Assembly: GCA_963823665.1 (NCBI GenBank)
Contig: CAWGMQ010000010.1
Location: 32,001-96,000 of the forward strand
Length of the DNA: 64,000 bases
From: an uncultured Planctomycetota bacterium
GTDB taxonomy: Bacteria; Planctomycetota; Planctomycetia; Isosphaerales; Isosphaeraceae
Reading direction: 5' to 3'
Shown here in pieces: positions 10,575 to 21,703 of this stretch. The translations under genes and the position numbers were made by a program. Under the pieces are notes generated by a model that worked only from the letters and a program-made list of their open reading frames with translations, was not told the origin of the DNA and did not search any database. Numbering within the stretch: position 1 is the first letter of the stretch; each line of letters opens with the position of its first letter.

Positions 10575-10603
10575 ATCAAGGATAGGCAAGGAGGCAGCAT
10601 GCC

Positions 10604-12973
10604 ATGGATGGGCGCCGCGAGGTCTTCGCGTTTGGGCTGTGCCTGGCGGTATGCGTCTCGGCGTTTTTTTACGAAACGCTCTTTCTCGGCAAGGTGCTGA
10701 GCCCGGCGGATGTGCTCTTTGTTTCTGCGAGTTTTCGGGGCGAGTCGGTCGCGGAATACGAGCCGGCCAATCGGCTCTTGATGGACCCGGTGCTTCAATT
10801 CGAGCCGTGGCTGGAATTTAACCGGCGAATGATCCGGAGCGGGCGGCTGCCGCTGTGGAACGGCTCTGCGGGCTGCGGCGCACCTCATCTGGCCAATGGC
10901 CAGAGCGCGGTGTTCGACCCGTTCAATCTGCTGGCGTACTTCGGACCGTCGGCCGCAGGCGCGATCGCCTGGATGGCGGCGTGCCGGTTGTGGGTGGCGG
11001 GGCTGGGGATGTTCCTGCTCGCGCGTTCCTGGGGGCTCGGGGCGTGGGGGCGGTGGTTCGCCGGGCTGGTTTATCCCTTTTGCGGTTTCCTGGTGCTGTG
11101 GCTGCTCTACCCGGTGACGAATGTGGCGATCTGGCTGCCGTGGCTGCTGCTCGCAGACCGATCGGCTGTTCCGTAAGCCGACGGCGAGGGGAGCCGCGGT
11201 GCTGGCGATCGTGGTTGCGCTGGTCGTGCTGGGCGGCCACATCCAGACGAGCGCTCACGTGCTAGTGGCGGGTGGGCTCTACGCGCTCACGCGGATGGTG
11301 TGGCAACCCGCGACGGGCGTGCCGCGCCGGCGCCCTGCGGTCTGCTGGGCGCTCGGGGTGTGCCTGGGATGGCGCTCGCGAGCGTGCAGATTCTGCCGCT
11401 GGGCTCGTATCTGGCGAGGAGCCCCGTCTGGAGCGCGCGGCAGGGCGAAACGGCACCGTGGTGGAAGATCACTCGGCCGCGATTGCTGGAGATGGCGTGC
11501 ACCGCGATTCCTTATGCCTACGGCAGCCAGCGCCGGGGCCAGCCCAACATCGCCAAAGCGCTGGGCGTGAACAACCTCAATGAGTCTGCGGGCGGATTTG
11601 CGGGTCTGGCGACGCTGCTCTGGCTGGCGCCTCTGGCGGTCATCACGCGCGGGCGATCAGTGCATGTTCGGTATCTGATTGGCCTCTTTATCGCCGGCGC
11701 CATGGGCGCCTTCCGACTGCCGCCGGTGGATAACTTGCTGCGCGCCTTGCCCGTGCTGGACGTCACGGACAACCGGCGGCTCACGCTCTGGATTGCGTTC
11801 GCGCTGGCGCTGCTGGGTGGGATCGGCCTGGACCAGCTTGCATCCTCCGGTCGGCTGGCTCGCTCTTGGATCATGACCTGGCTGCTGGGTGCGGTCGGGC
11901 TGGCGGTCGCGGCCGGATCGATCGGATCGCTCGAGGGCCAGCTCCGCGAGCGGGCGCTGGCGCATTATCGCGACGCTGCGGCGGCGACCGCAGGTGCTGA
12001 CGGCCAGGTTTATCGAGAGCGGGCCATGCGCCAGGTGCGGCAGGTGCTGACGTTTCGTGCCGCGGTATTACGGGCTGGTCTCATGCGAGCTTGCCCTGCT
12101 TGGCGGCGCTTGCCTGGCGGCTCAGGCGCAGCGGGGCGAGCACACGGTGGATTCGCCCGGGCGTGTTCGGGCTCGTGCTGATCGACCTGGCGGGGCTCGG
12201 CTTTGGCGTGAACGGGGCGATCGCGGCCGAGGAGCAGCGATCGCACGAGCCGCCGGTGATCGCCCGGCTTCGTCAGCAGATGAAGCCCGGCGGCCGCGCG
12301 GTGGGGCTCGGCGAGGAGATACCCCCGAACGTGCTCATGCGATTCGGTCTACGCGACATTCGCAATTACGACTCGATCGAGCTGGAGCGAAGCCTGCGCT
12401 GGTTCACGCCGCTCTACGATCGAACCGGGCCGATCACCAGTCGAAGCGAGATCACGTGGGAGCGCGTTGTTGCCAATCTCGAACTCTTACGCGAGTCAGG
12501 GGTGGATGCGGTCGTGGCGGCCTCGCCGCCGCCGGAACACAGCTTCGCGCGGACCGAGCGGGTTGGAAGAGTGTGGGTCGCCTGGCTCGATGGCTTGCCG
12601 TGGGCGGAGGCCAAGTCGCCCCGAGCGGTTCTCGAGGTCGGGCGCGAAGACGGCGGCGCTCGAATTCGAGTTCACTCCGAGGGAGCCACGAGCCTCGACT
12701 GTGAGAGAGACGTTCGACCGCGGATGGACCGCGATGCTGGACGGCAAGAATGCCGATTTGCAGGCAGAATCCAGTGTTTTCATGCAGATCCAAATTCCCG
12801 CAGGCCAGCATGACTTGATTTTGCGGTACGATCCCGTGGAGGTTCGCGCGGGGCTTGCGCTTTCGGTTTTATCGTGTATTCTCGTGATTCTGGTGTTGAC
12901 AGGAATTCGATTGTTTTGGATTCCTGGAATAACGAAGAGAGAGGGCTTGGACGGAGCTGAGCCCGCTGGTTAG
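10604..12973 (+). CDS. YfhO-like polytopic membrane protein (putative GT-C glycosyltransferase), multiply frameshifted
   Basis: GRLPLWNGSAGCGAPHLANGQSAVFDPF, WLPWLLL, GGHIQT, DIRNYDSI, ETFDRGWTA..IPAGQHDLILRYDP are spread over five ORF pieces (shifts near 11160, 11367, 12057, 12100 and 12700). Confidence 0.8.
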
Positions 12974-13037
12974 AATCGTTTCTATAGCATCTTCCGGACT
13001 CGTTAACCGGCTCATCATACTGAGGGATGTATCGCTG

Positions 13038-13346
13038 ATGGTCCACTTCACGTGCGATCTCTGCGGCAAGGAATTGACTGGTTCCGGCGACGGCCGATAC
13101 GTGGTCAAGATTGAGGCTTACCCCGGCTTCGACCCGACGGAAATCAAGGAGGATGATCTCGACGATGATCCGATGGAGGCGGTTGCTCAGATCCTCTCCC
13201 GTGACGAGGCACTCGTCTCCGAGGACCTCGCCACCCCGCTGCAAAAGGGCTTTCGGTTCGACCTCTGTTGTTCGTGCCACAGCAAGTATGTGAAAGACCC
13301 GCTCGGGAAAGATGCGATCCGCTCTTTTGATTTCAGCAAGAACTGA
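13038..13346 (+). CDS. Small hypothetical protein, possible zinc finger
   Basis: CDLC near the N-terminus, CCSC near the C-terminus, acidic middle; RBS GAGGGA. Confidence 0.8.
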   Translation: MVHFTCDLCGKELTGSGDGRYVVKIEAYPGFDPTEIKEDDLDDDPMEAVAQILSRDEALVSEDLATPLQKGFRFDLCCSCHSKYVKDPLGKDAIRSFDFSKN

Positions 13347-13600
13347 TCGAGCTCCACAATCCTTTGCGACCCGCCGGCTGCCAACCCTGCCGGGCCCAAT
13401 TCCCGGCCCGTCACCCCAATGAAACGAATGTGCGAAGGGGTGGCGAAAAGGTTTGCCGGTTCTCTCGAATTTACCAATCCAGGTAATTTGACAATTGTCA
13501 GGCGCAATGATGCGACTGACGGGAGTTCGCGTGCGCGCGGTCGCCGGAACCGAGTGCTCGCGGCGAGAGCCTCCTCATTGCGACGCTCCGCGAGGGGGAC

Positions 13601-13668
13601 GCACTTTCGCGGAGCGAAAGGCGACTATGGGGCTGGGTGGGGAGGCACTTTCGCGGGGGAAAGGCTGC
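13601..13668. repeat. Two REP-like hairpins (CACTTTCGCGGAGCGAAAGGCGACTAT and a degenerate copy)
   Basis: CTTTCGC-GGA-GCGAAAG at about 13604-13620 and GCACTTTCGCGGGGGAAAGGC at about 13645-13665, between convergent genes. Confidence 0.6.
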
Positions 13669-13762
13669 GTTTGCGTGCTTCGGCGTGGGAACCGCTTCTC
13701 GTCGCGTCGGATTCCACGACGGTCGTTGGATCGTGCCGCACGTTGAGTTCACAGACACGCTC

Positions 13763-15068
13763 TTAGCGCGCGACGAACATGATCACGTTCGTTATCACGG
13801 AGACGGCGAGGAGCGTTGCGATCGTCAGGATGATGTGATTGCGGTTATTGACGTAGGACGCCAGCTCGACGAGTTGCTCTTCGGATGCGCCGCCGCCGCC
13901 GCCGACGTAGTCTGAATCCGACTCACCCTCGGCCAGGGCCAGGAGTGTCTCGGGCTTCTGACCCGCGATCATCGGGCTTTCGCCACGCTGAAGGCATTTG
14001 AGGTCGAGGATCAGGTCGTCGGGCGTTTGATAGCGGTGTTCGCGGTTCTTGGCCATCATCGTTTCGACAACCATGCCCAGCCCGCCGGAGAGCTGCGAAT
14101 TCAAGTGGTCAGGGGGAACGATCTGCACCTTGACATCGACGTGCTTGCGCATCACGTCGTTGGGCGTCTCGCCCCCGTAGGGCACCTTGCCGGTGACCAT
14201 GTGATAGAGGGTCGCCCCCAGGCTGTAGATGTCGGCCCGGATGTCGATGTTGGTCTCGCCGCGCACTTGCTCGGGGCTGATGTAGTACGGCGTGCCGATT
14301 GCCATCCCGGCCTCCGAGAGCCCCCATTTTTCGTCTCCGGTCAAACGGGCGAGCCCGAGATCCGCGAGCTTCACGCCCCCCTCCTTGGTGAGGATCACGT
14401 TCTCGGGCTTGATGTCGCGGTGGATGAGCCCCTTCAGGGCGGCATGCTTGAGCGCCTCGGCATATTGCCAGCGTGATCCGGATGGCTTCCTTCTCGTCGA
14501 AGACCTTGTGCTTGTCGAGGAAGTCCTTGATCGTCGGCCCTTCAATGTATTCCATGACGAAGTAATAGTGGCCGTCGATCTGTCCGGCATCGATGGCATT
14601 CACGACGTTATTGTGTGAGAGCTTGGCGGCGATCATGGCCTCACGCTCGAACCGCTTGATGAACTCTTTGTTCTGGGCGAGGGGATCGAGCAGGATCTTG
14701 ATGGCGACAATCCGGTCGACGGAAATCTGTTTGGCTTTGAAGACCACGCCCATGGAGCCTTTACCCAGCTTGTCGATCATCTGGTAGCCGGGGATCTGAA
14801 ACCGCTTGTTGGCCTCGCCGCATTCCTGTTTGAGCCGGGTCATCTGGCTGCGAGTGAGGACCTTAGCATCGACCATGATCTCGAGGAGGCTCTTGGACTG
14901 TTCGCCGGTCTTGGCGGCGAGACCCTTGCGGTGTGATTTGCAAGCCTCGAGCTCAGCGGGGGTCGCCAGCCCGCGGCGCAGGATCGATTTCTCGAGCTGC
15001 GATTCTTCCACCTTGGAATCGCTTCGCGGATCTCCATTTTGCGAATTGCTCTTCGCCGAACTATCCAT
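13763..15068 (-). CDS. Hanks-type Ser/Thr protein kinase with C-terminal TM (frameshift near 14466)
   Basis: LGKGSMGVVFKA, VAIK, FVMEYIEG, then HRDIKPEN, DLGLA, GTPYYISPEQ, DIYSLG. Confidence 0.93.
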
Positions 15069-15465
15069 CAGGAGCTCTCCCGGATCACTCTTGAGGTGCG
15101 CGGTGATCGAGTGATCTGCTACCGCGCCCGTGCGTTTTCTTCGAGGTGCCCAGTCTTATCGAAGCAAGCAGCGGCCACCGAGGGCTTTGATCCTCAACGC
15201 CCGCTTTGGTGCATGAAAGTATGTTTCCCGCGATCGCGTTGTCAACGAAATTCTTAACTTGTCGCTTTACGGCAGCAAAGACCGTTCAAATACCCTCGGA
15301 TACCGGGCTGGAAGTGACTTCGAGCAGGCGCTTGTGACGTGCCATGTTCTCTCTTATTATGAGGGTTGCGCTTCCCTTTTTCTACGTATCCGCGGGCAAA
15401 TTAGTGACGATGACGATTGTGAGGCCGGTCCGGATCCCTGCCACCTTGCAGGAGAGGCTCTCTTG

Positions 15466-16584
15466 ATGCTGATCGGGGTGGTTGCCGGCGATGGTGTCGG
15501 CCCGGAAGTCCTGGCGGAGGGCCTGGAAGTCCTGGCGCTCGCCGGCAGTCTTGAAGGTCTCGAATTCGACCTGGCGAGATTCGACCTCGGAGGAGAGCGC
15601 TACCTGCGCACGGGAGAAATCCTGCCCGACGACGAGATCGGGCGGCTGCTCGGGTGCGATGCCATCCTGCTGGGTGCGGTGGGGCATCCGCGGGTTCCGC
15701 CGGGGATCCTCGAGAAAGGGATTCTGCTGCGGCTTCGGTTTGACTTCGAGCAGTACATCAACTTGCGGCCGGTGCAGCTCTATCCGGGCGTGGAAGGTCC
15801 GATCCGCGGCAAGGGGCCCGACGACATCGACATGGTGGTCGTGCGTGAGAATAACGAGGATCTCTATGTCGGGGCGGGGGGGTTCACGCGGAAGGGAACA
15901 CCCCATGAGGTGGCGATCCAGACGTCGATCAACACCCGAAGGGGGATCGAGCGCACCATCCGCTACGCATTCGATCTGGCTCGGCGACGGGCCGCTTCGG
16001 GGTCGTTCCGGGGCCTCTCCGCTTCCGAGCGCGGGCAGGGGCTCGTGCGCCAGGTGACTCTGGTCGCCAAGACCAACGTGCTGACCTTCGCCCACGACCT
16101 GTGGATGCGTGCCTTCACCGAGGTTGCCGGCGATTACCCTGAGATCAAGAGCGACTATCAGCATGTAGACGCCTGCTGCATGCGCATGGTGGCGGCCCCC
16201 GAGCGATTCGACGTAATCGTTACAACCAATATGTTCGGCGACATCATCACCGACTTGGGGGCGGTCATTCAGGGGGGGATGGGGCTGGCGGCGTCCGGGA
16301 ACTTGAACCCGGAGCGCACCTTTCCGAGCATGTTCGAGCCGGTGCACGGTTCGGCGCCCGACATCGCCGGCAAGGGGGTGGCCAATCCGCTGGCGGCGAT
16401 CCTTTCGGTGGCGATGATGCTCGATCATCTCGACCAGCCGCGAGGGGCCGCGCGAATCCGTGGGGCCGTGCGGCAGGTGCTGGCGGCCGGCGCACGGCGC
16501 ACGCCTGACCTGGGGGGCGACGCAACGACCTCGGAGGTCGGTCACGCTGTGCGCGAAGCTCTGCTCGCGAACAGCCAGGGCTAG
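15466..16584 (+). CDS. leuB: 3-isopropylmalate dehydrogenase
   Basis: GDGVGPEV, GILLRLRF, NLRPV, VVRENNE, NMFGDIITDLGA, SMFEPVHGSAPDIAGKG. Confidence 0.85.
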   Translation: MLIGVVAGDGVGPEVLAEGLEVLALAGSLEGLEFDLARFDLGGERYLRTGEILPDDEIGRLLGCDAILLGAVGHPRVPPGILEKGILLRLRFDFEQYINLRPVQLYPGVEGPIRGKGPDDIDMVVVRENNEDLYVGAGGFTRKGTPHEVAIQTSINTRRGIERTIRYAFDLARRRAASGSFRGLSASERGQGLVRQVTLVAKTNVLTFAHDLWMRAFTEVAGDYPEIKSDYQHVDACCMRMVAAPERFDVIVTTNMFGDIITDLGAVIQGGMGLAASGNLNPERTFPSMFEPVHGSAPDIAGKGVANPLAAILSVAMMLDHLDQPRGAARIRGAVRQVLAAGARRTPDLGGDATTSEVGHAVREALLANSQG

Positions 16585-16798
16585 CCGCCGACACGAAACT
16601 GTCTTACAATCGTACTGTGCTGTGGGGTGCTCGATTACTCGACGCTGGGTTCGCCGGCCAGACGCGGATGCTGGGAATCGTGTATGGAAAGCGAGCAAGC
16701 CCGATGGCAAGTGTTAATCGGATCGTGTAGGCTGGATTGTCAAGGGAAGTCGCCGAGCCGCGAGGACGTCCGATCGCCAGATGCCCGAGGGAATTCTG

Positions 16799-17752
16799 AT
16801 GCGCACCCAACGTATTGATCTCCGGTCGCGAGCAGCCTTCACCTTGATCGAGCTGCTTGTCGTCATTGCTATCATTGCCGTACTCGTTGCCTTGATCATG
16901 CCGGCGGTGCAAGCCGCGCGCGAATCGGCGAATCGCGCCAAGTGCCAGAACAACCTGAAGCAACTGGGCCTGGCCGCCCAGGAATACCACGACGCGTTCA
17001 ACTCATTTCCGGCCGGCTGGTACTGTTATGCGCCGACGTATGATGCGCAGGGCAACCTGATCAGCGGCGACACCAACTGCCAGTACGTGTACTCGCCGTA
17101 CCAGGATTACATGTGGAACGGGATGATCGGCACATTCTTGAAGATGGAAGCGAACAACCTCTACAACGAGATCAACTTCAGTCTGATGACGAGTGACCCG
17201 TCGAACGTGACGGCGATCCGGCGGACCATTGACGGATTCGTCTGCCCGTCGAATCGTCGCCCCACCACCGTCCAGAATTCGCCGAACGCGTACCTCACGC
17301 TGGGCCCTTCCGACTACCGCGCCAACATGGCCGCCGGGCAAGTGATTCCCTCGAGCGCCACCGGCTGCGCGACGATCGACGTGACCAATCCGCTTTGCTT
17401 TATCTACGATAACGGGATGATGTATCAGAACTCGGCGGTCAACATGGCCGACATCCTGGACGGGACGACATGGACCGTTCTCTTCGGCGAAAGCCTGAGC
17501 CCCACCGGCACCTGGTCGCAGGCGACGAGCTGCTGCGTGCGCACCAGCCTGGAGCGCACGATCAACAAGCCGATTCTCTACAATGGTCTGAATTACTATA
17601 CCTACTGGATGAGCCGGCACCCGAGCGCGGTCAACTTCGCGTTCTGCGACGGCAGCGTGCGGCCGGTGACCCAGATGATCAACAAGGTCACCTTGAACAA
17701 GCTCATGACGCGTGCCGGAGCCGAGACGGTCTCTGCCGACGAAGTGAAGTGA
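16799..17752 (+). CDS. DUF1559 protein with prepilin-type N-terminus and H-X9-DG motif
   Basis: [57 protein letters not shown]. Confidence 0.93.
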   Translation: MRTQRIDLRSRAAFTLIELLVVIAIIAVLVALIMPAVQAARESANRAKCQNNLKQLGLAAQEYHDAFNSFPAGWYCYAPTYDAQGNLISGDTNCQYVYSPYQDYMWNGMIGTFLKMEANNLYNEINFSLMTSDPSNVTAIRRTIDGFVCPSNRRPTTVQNSPNAYLTLGPSDYRANMAAGQVIPSSATGCATIDVTNPLCFIYDNGMMYQNSAVNMADILDGTTWTVLFGESLSPTGTWSQATSCCVRTSLERTINKPILYNGLNYYTYWMSRHPSAVNFAFCDGSVRPVTQMINKVTLNKLMTRAGAETVSADEVK

Positions 17753-17800
17753 TTGGTCGATCGGGACGGTGGCAACACAGATAGAGAGTGACGACCTCTC

Positions 17801-18133
17801 ATGGCGCGAACATCGGCGGCGAGCCAACCGGCGCAGCCAGCGCTCACGGAAGATCTCTTCCACGAATGGGTTTCCGAGTGGTGTGCCGGGATCGGGCCCA
17901 CGTCAGATCCAGCCGAGATCGTCGCTCATCCTGCGTATCGGCGAATCGTTGCCGCGGGGCAGGACGCGGTGCCTATGTTGCTTCGCGAATTGCGAAAAGA
18001 GCCGAGCCTTCTCGTTTTTGCGCTTCACGCGATCACCGGCGAAGACCCCGTGCCACGCGGAGCGCGCGGTAAGATCCGGGAAATGTCGAAAGCATGGGTA
18101 GCTTGGGGCAAGAAGGGCGGCCTTTTGATCTGA
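17801..18133 (+). CDS. Conserved small hypothetical helical protein
   Basis: HPAYRRIV..AVPMLLREL..ALHAITGEDPV..WVAWG. Confidence 0.7.
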   Translation: MARTSAASQPAQPALTEDLFHEWVSEWCAGIGPTSDPAEIVAHPAYRRIVAAGQDAVPMLLRELRKEPSLLVFALHAITGEDPVPRGARGKIREMSKAWVAWGKKGGLLI

Positions 18134-18197
18134 AGGCGCTACCATCTGCGGGCAAGACGACGACGTCGGATGAATCGAGAAAGCGCTACTCGGTCAC

Positions 18198-18644
18198 GTG
18201 GTGAATCGCAAGACAGAAATTCAACGCTGGTTCCCGAAGCTCCTCCGTGACTCATTCCAGATCATTGGCGATTCTAATCAGGAATACAACTGTATCGCTT
18301 GGGCGGCCGGGGATATGTCCGCTTGGTGGTGGCCCGATCCCGCGAATATGTGCTTCTGGCCTGAAGGCGCGCCGAGAGTGACGACGCTCGTTGCGTTCGT
18401 GCGCGCGTTTGAAGAAATCGGGTATACAGTCTGCGACAATGCGGACACCGAAAAGGGGCTCGAGAAGATAGCAATTTACGCGAAGGATGGCGTGCCGACG
18501 CATGCGGCCAGACAGATGACAAACGGCCGATGGACCAGCAAACTCGGTGCGTGGGAGACCATCGAGCATGAATTCGACGCGCTCGAGGGAGCCGAATACG
18601 GCCAGATCGCCGAGATACTCCGTAGGCGACGACGCAGGGCGTGA
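18198..18644 (+). CDS. Hypothetical protein with Cys/His motifs, possible papain-like fold
   Basis: YNCIAWAAGD..WWWP..PTHAARQ..GRWTSKLG..YG. Confidence 0.75.
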   Translation: MVNRKTEIQRWFPKLLRDSFQIIGDSNQEYNCIAWAAGDMSAWWWPDPANMCFWPEGAPRVTTLVAFVRAFEEIGYTVCDNADTEKGLEKIAIYAKDGVPTHAARQMTNGRWTSKLGAWETIEHEFDALEGAEYGQIAEILRRRRRRA

Positions 18645-18816
18645 TGGCGCATCGACCCACGGGTTCGCCAGTTCTGGGACCGTTCGCACATTGCCGAGCA
18701 ATCGAAACGGCTTGCGACCATCGAGTGGCATTCGCCCTTCCAATCGGGTAGTATTCTATTGTTCGCTGGTCCCCGATTAATGGCCCGGGCTCAGGCTGGG
18801 GTGGTAAAACGGGGAC

Positions 18817-18857
18817 TGATTGACGATTTATGCAGTGATTGACGATTTATGCAGTGA
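18817..18857. repeat. 19-bp perfect tandem repeat TGATTGACGATTTATGCAG x2
   Basis: Copies at 18817-18835 and 18836-18854, followed by TGA. Confidence 0.85.
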
Positions 18858-18913
18858 ATGATTCGGCGCTTTTTGTTGTGTGACGGCTTCGGGACGATGG
18901 CCGCCGGAATGCA

Positions 18914-19006
18914 CCCCCCCTAACCCCCCCTTCTTAAGGGGGGAAGCTTCTAAGCCCCCTCTCTAGAGAGGGAAGCTTCTAACTCGCCTTCTAAAAGGGA
19001 AGCTTC
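18914..19006. repeat. Three degenerate tandem hairpin units of about 27-30 bp, each ending GGGAAGCTTC
   Basis: TAACCCCCCCTTCTTAAGGGGGGAAGCTTC / TAAGCCCCCTCTCTAGAGAGGGAAGCTTC / TAACTCGCCTTCTAAAAGGGAAGCTTC. A related unit lies at about 30855-30891. Confidence 0.75.
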
Positions 19007-19121
19007 GCGCAACATCCGCGGCGGGAAATCACCGCTCCTTGGATCGCAAGTTTCAACCGCATAGCTGCTCTCGCCCTACTCACGCCCGAACCGCCTCCTG
19101 ACGATCGCGGAGCCATTCCGC

Positions 19122-21674
19122 ATGTGCGCGGAGAAGCCACTCTTGCCCAAGAGCCTCCGGCGAGATGATGCGTTCGCACACCGCCTCGCGGGCGCGCCCC
19201 GATGCGCGTGGTGGGGGTATCTGCTATGTGTTTTGACAGTACCGGGGCTGACAACCGGCGCAGCCGATGGGGTCGAGCCCGGCGAAACGCAGCTAGAAAT
19301 CGAGCCTGGAGCCGTTCAGCTTATCGGCCATCGGGCTCAGCAAATCGCCGTCACGCTTCGCGGGGCCGACGGCTCCGCTCGCGACGTGACGCGAGAGTGT
19401 GAATTCCGCGTCGAGCCCGCTACGATCGCGGAAATCGGACTGAACGGCCTGGTCTCGCCCAGAGCCGACGGCGAGGGGTCACTGCTTGTCCGATTGGGAG
19501 ACCGACAGGCCGCTGCCAGTTTGCGTGTTGTGCGTGCGGGCTGGGTGCCACCGCCGGGTCTGCGAACCGACATCGTGCCGCTTTTTTCCAAAGCCGGCTG
19601 CAACGCCGGGGCGTGCCACGGCAATTTGAATGGGAAGGGGGGCTTTCGGCTCAGCCTGCGGGGGGACGATCCGGCACTCGATTTCGCCTCGCTCACACAC
19701 GAAGCCATCGGCCGCCGCGTTAGCCTGATCGCGCCTGAGAGCAGCCTGGTTCTGCTCAAGCCTTCAGGCATCGTTCCCCACGAGGGTGGCTTGCGTTTTC
19801 TGCGGAGCTCGAACGAGGCCGCGGTGCTGCTCGACTGGATCAAGCAAGGGGCTCGGGACGAGCGATCCAAGGCGCCGACCGTTGCGTCGCTCCGGGTCTT
19901 TCCCGCGGAACGAATTCTGGCGCCTCCGTCGCGCGAGCAGCAGCTTGTCGTCACGGCTTGCTTCTCCGATGGGACGACTCGCGACGTCACGCGGCAGGCT
20001 GCCTTTGACGTGAGTGACCCCACCCGCGCGCAGGTTTCCCCGTCGGGTCTGGTCAAGGCGACGCGAAGCTGCGAGACGGCCGTCAGCGTGCGGTACATGA
20101 ACGGCCGCGGTACGGCCCGCCTGGCCTTCCTGGCGGAGAATGCCAACTTTGTCTGGCGCGGCGCGCCCGCGAACGGACAGATCGACGAGCTGGTCTTCGC
20201 CAAGCTCAAAGCCATGCGGATCAACCCCTCGGCGCTCTGCGACGATTCGGTGTTCCTGCGCCGGGCGTTCCTCGACGCGATCGGCCGGCTTCCCGAGCCA
20301 GCGGAGGCTCGCGCGTTTCTGCAGGATGAAGATCCCGCGAAGCGCTCCAAGCTGGTGGACCGCCTGGTGGAGCGGCCTGAATTCGCGGATTTCTGGGCGC
20401 TGAAGTGGGCGGACGTGCTGCGCAACGAAGAGAAGACGATGGGCGAGAAGGGTGCCTGGGTGTTTCAGCGCTGGCTGCGCGACCAGATCGCGAGCGACGC
20501 GCCGCTCGACCAGATCGTTCGCCAGATCGTGGCCGGGACCGGCTCAACCTGGCAAAACCCGCCGTCGAGCTTCTATCGCACCAACCGCGACCCGATGAGC
20601 GCGGCGGAGACCGTGAGCCAGGTGTTCCTGGGAATTCGCCTTCAATGCGCACGCTGCCACAATCACCCGTTCGACGTGTGGACGCAGGATGATTACTACG
20701 GCCTGGCGGCGTTTTTCAGCAACATCGCCCGCAAGCAGTTGAACAACACGCGGCGCGACCGCCTCGACCTGCACGAGATCAACGGCGACGAGATGATCTA
20801 CGTCGCCGGCAAGGCCGAGCTGATTCAGCCTCGCACCGGGACGATGCTCGAGCCCAGATACCCCGGCGGGGGGCCGTCTGGTTGTACCACCGGAGAAATC
20901 GACAACGCGCTCGACCGGCTGGCGAGCTGGCTCACGAAGAACAACCGGCAGTTCGTCCGGAACCTGGCTAACCGAGTTTGGTTTCACCTGATGGGCCGGG
21001 GAATCGTCGAGCCGGTTGATGACTTCCGCGACTCAAACCCACCGTCAAATCCCGCGCTCCTCGATGCCCTCGCCGCCTCGTTCACCGCTGGAGGCCTGCG
21101 GCTCAAGCCGCTGGTCGCCGAGATCATGAAGTCGCAGACTTATCAGTTGACCGCGACGCCTCTGGCGGACAATGCCCTAGACGAGTCGAATTTCTCCCAT
21201 GCGGCGGTGAAGCTGCTTGCCGCCGAGACGCTGCTGGATGGTATCAGCCAGGTGCTCGGTGTGGCCGAGCAGTTCCCGCGGGCTCCGGCTTCACTCCGCG
21301 CTTGCCAGCTTCCGGGGGCCATGCAGGGGAGCGCGTTCCTCAAGTCGTTCGGCAAGCCCGACCGCCTCTTGACCTGTGAATGCGAGCGCTCGGAAGCCAC
21401 CACGCTGGCGCAGGCATTCCAGATGATCAACGGTGAGACGGTCCGAAGGAAGCTCGAGTCGCCGTCAAACCGGATTGCCAAGCGGCTGGAGCAGGGCACA
21501 AGCGATGCCGATCTTCTCAGTGAGTTTTATCTCACTGCGGTTTGCCGGGAGCCGAGGGCGGAGGAGCTTTCGGCGATCAAAGCGCACGTGAGCGCGGCGC
21601 GGGATCGGCGGGCGGCTTGGGAAGATGTGGTGTGGGCACTGATCAATAGTAAGGAGTTTCTTTTAAGGCATTGA
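19122..21674 (+). CDS. DUF1549/DUF1553 (PSD1) protein with Ig-like domains and CxxCH
   Basis: GCNAGACHG, GGFRLSLRG, FLRRAFLDAIGRLP, LQCARCHNHPF, NRVWFHLMGRGIVEPVDDF, CECER, NSKEFLLRH. Confidence 0.92.
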   Translation: MCAEKPLLPKSLRRDDAFAHRLAGAPRCAWWGYLLCVLTVPGLTTGAADGVEPGETQLEIEPGAVQLIGHRAQQIAVTLRGADGSARDVTRECEFRVEPATIAEIGLNGLVSPRADGEGSLLVRLGDRQAAASLRVVRAGWVPPPGLRTDIVPLFSKAGCNAGACHGNLNGKGGFRLSLRGDDPALDFASLTHEAIGRRVSLIAPESSLVLLKPSGIVPHEGGLRFLRSSNEAAVLLDWIKQGARDERSKAPTVASLRVFPAERILAPPSREQQLVVTACFSDGTTRDVTRQAAFDVSDPTRAQVSPSGLVKATRSCETAVSVRYMNGRGTARLAFLAENANFVWRGAPANGQIDELVFAKLKAMRINPSALCDDSVFLRRAFLDAIGRLPEPAEARAFLQDEDPAKRSKLVDRLVERPEFADFWALKWADVLRNEEKTMGEKGAWVFQRWLRDQIASDAPLDQIVRQIVAGTGSTWQNPPSSFYRTNRDPMSAAETVSQVFLGIRLQCARCHNHPFDVWTQDDYYGLAAFFSNIARKQLNNTRRDRLDLHEINGDEMIYVAGKAELIQPRTGTMLEPRYPGGGPSGCTTGEIDNALDRLASWLTKNNRQFVRNLANRVWFHLMGRGIVEPVDDFRDSNPPSNPALLDALAASFTAGGLRLKPLVAEIMKSQTYQLTATPLADNALDESNFSHAAVKLLAAETLLDGISQVLGVAEQFPRAPASLRACQLPGAMQGSAFLKSFGKPDRLLTCECERSEATTLAQAFQMINGETVRRKLESPSNRIAKRLEQGTSDADLLSEFYLTAVCREPRAEELSAIKAHVSAARDRRAAWEDVVWALINSKEFLLRH

Positions 21675-21703
21675 TGGGTGGGATGAGATCGGAGGCGATC
21701 GAG

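Noticed and set aside
18817..19006. Possible CRISPR array
   Set aside because: The repeats are directly tandem or degenerate, with no unique spacers, and no cas genes are present.
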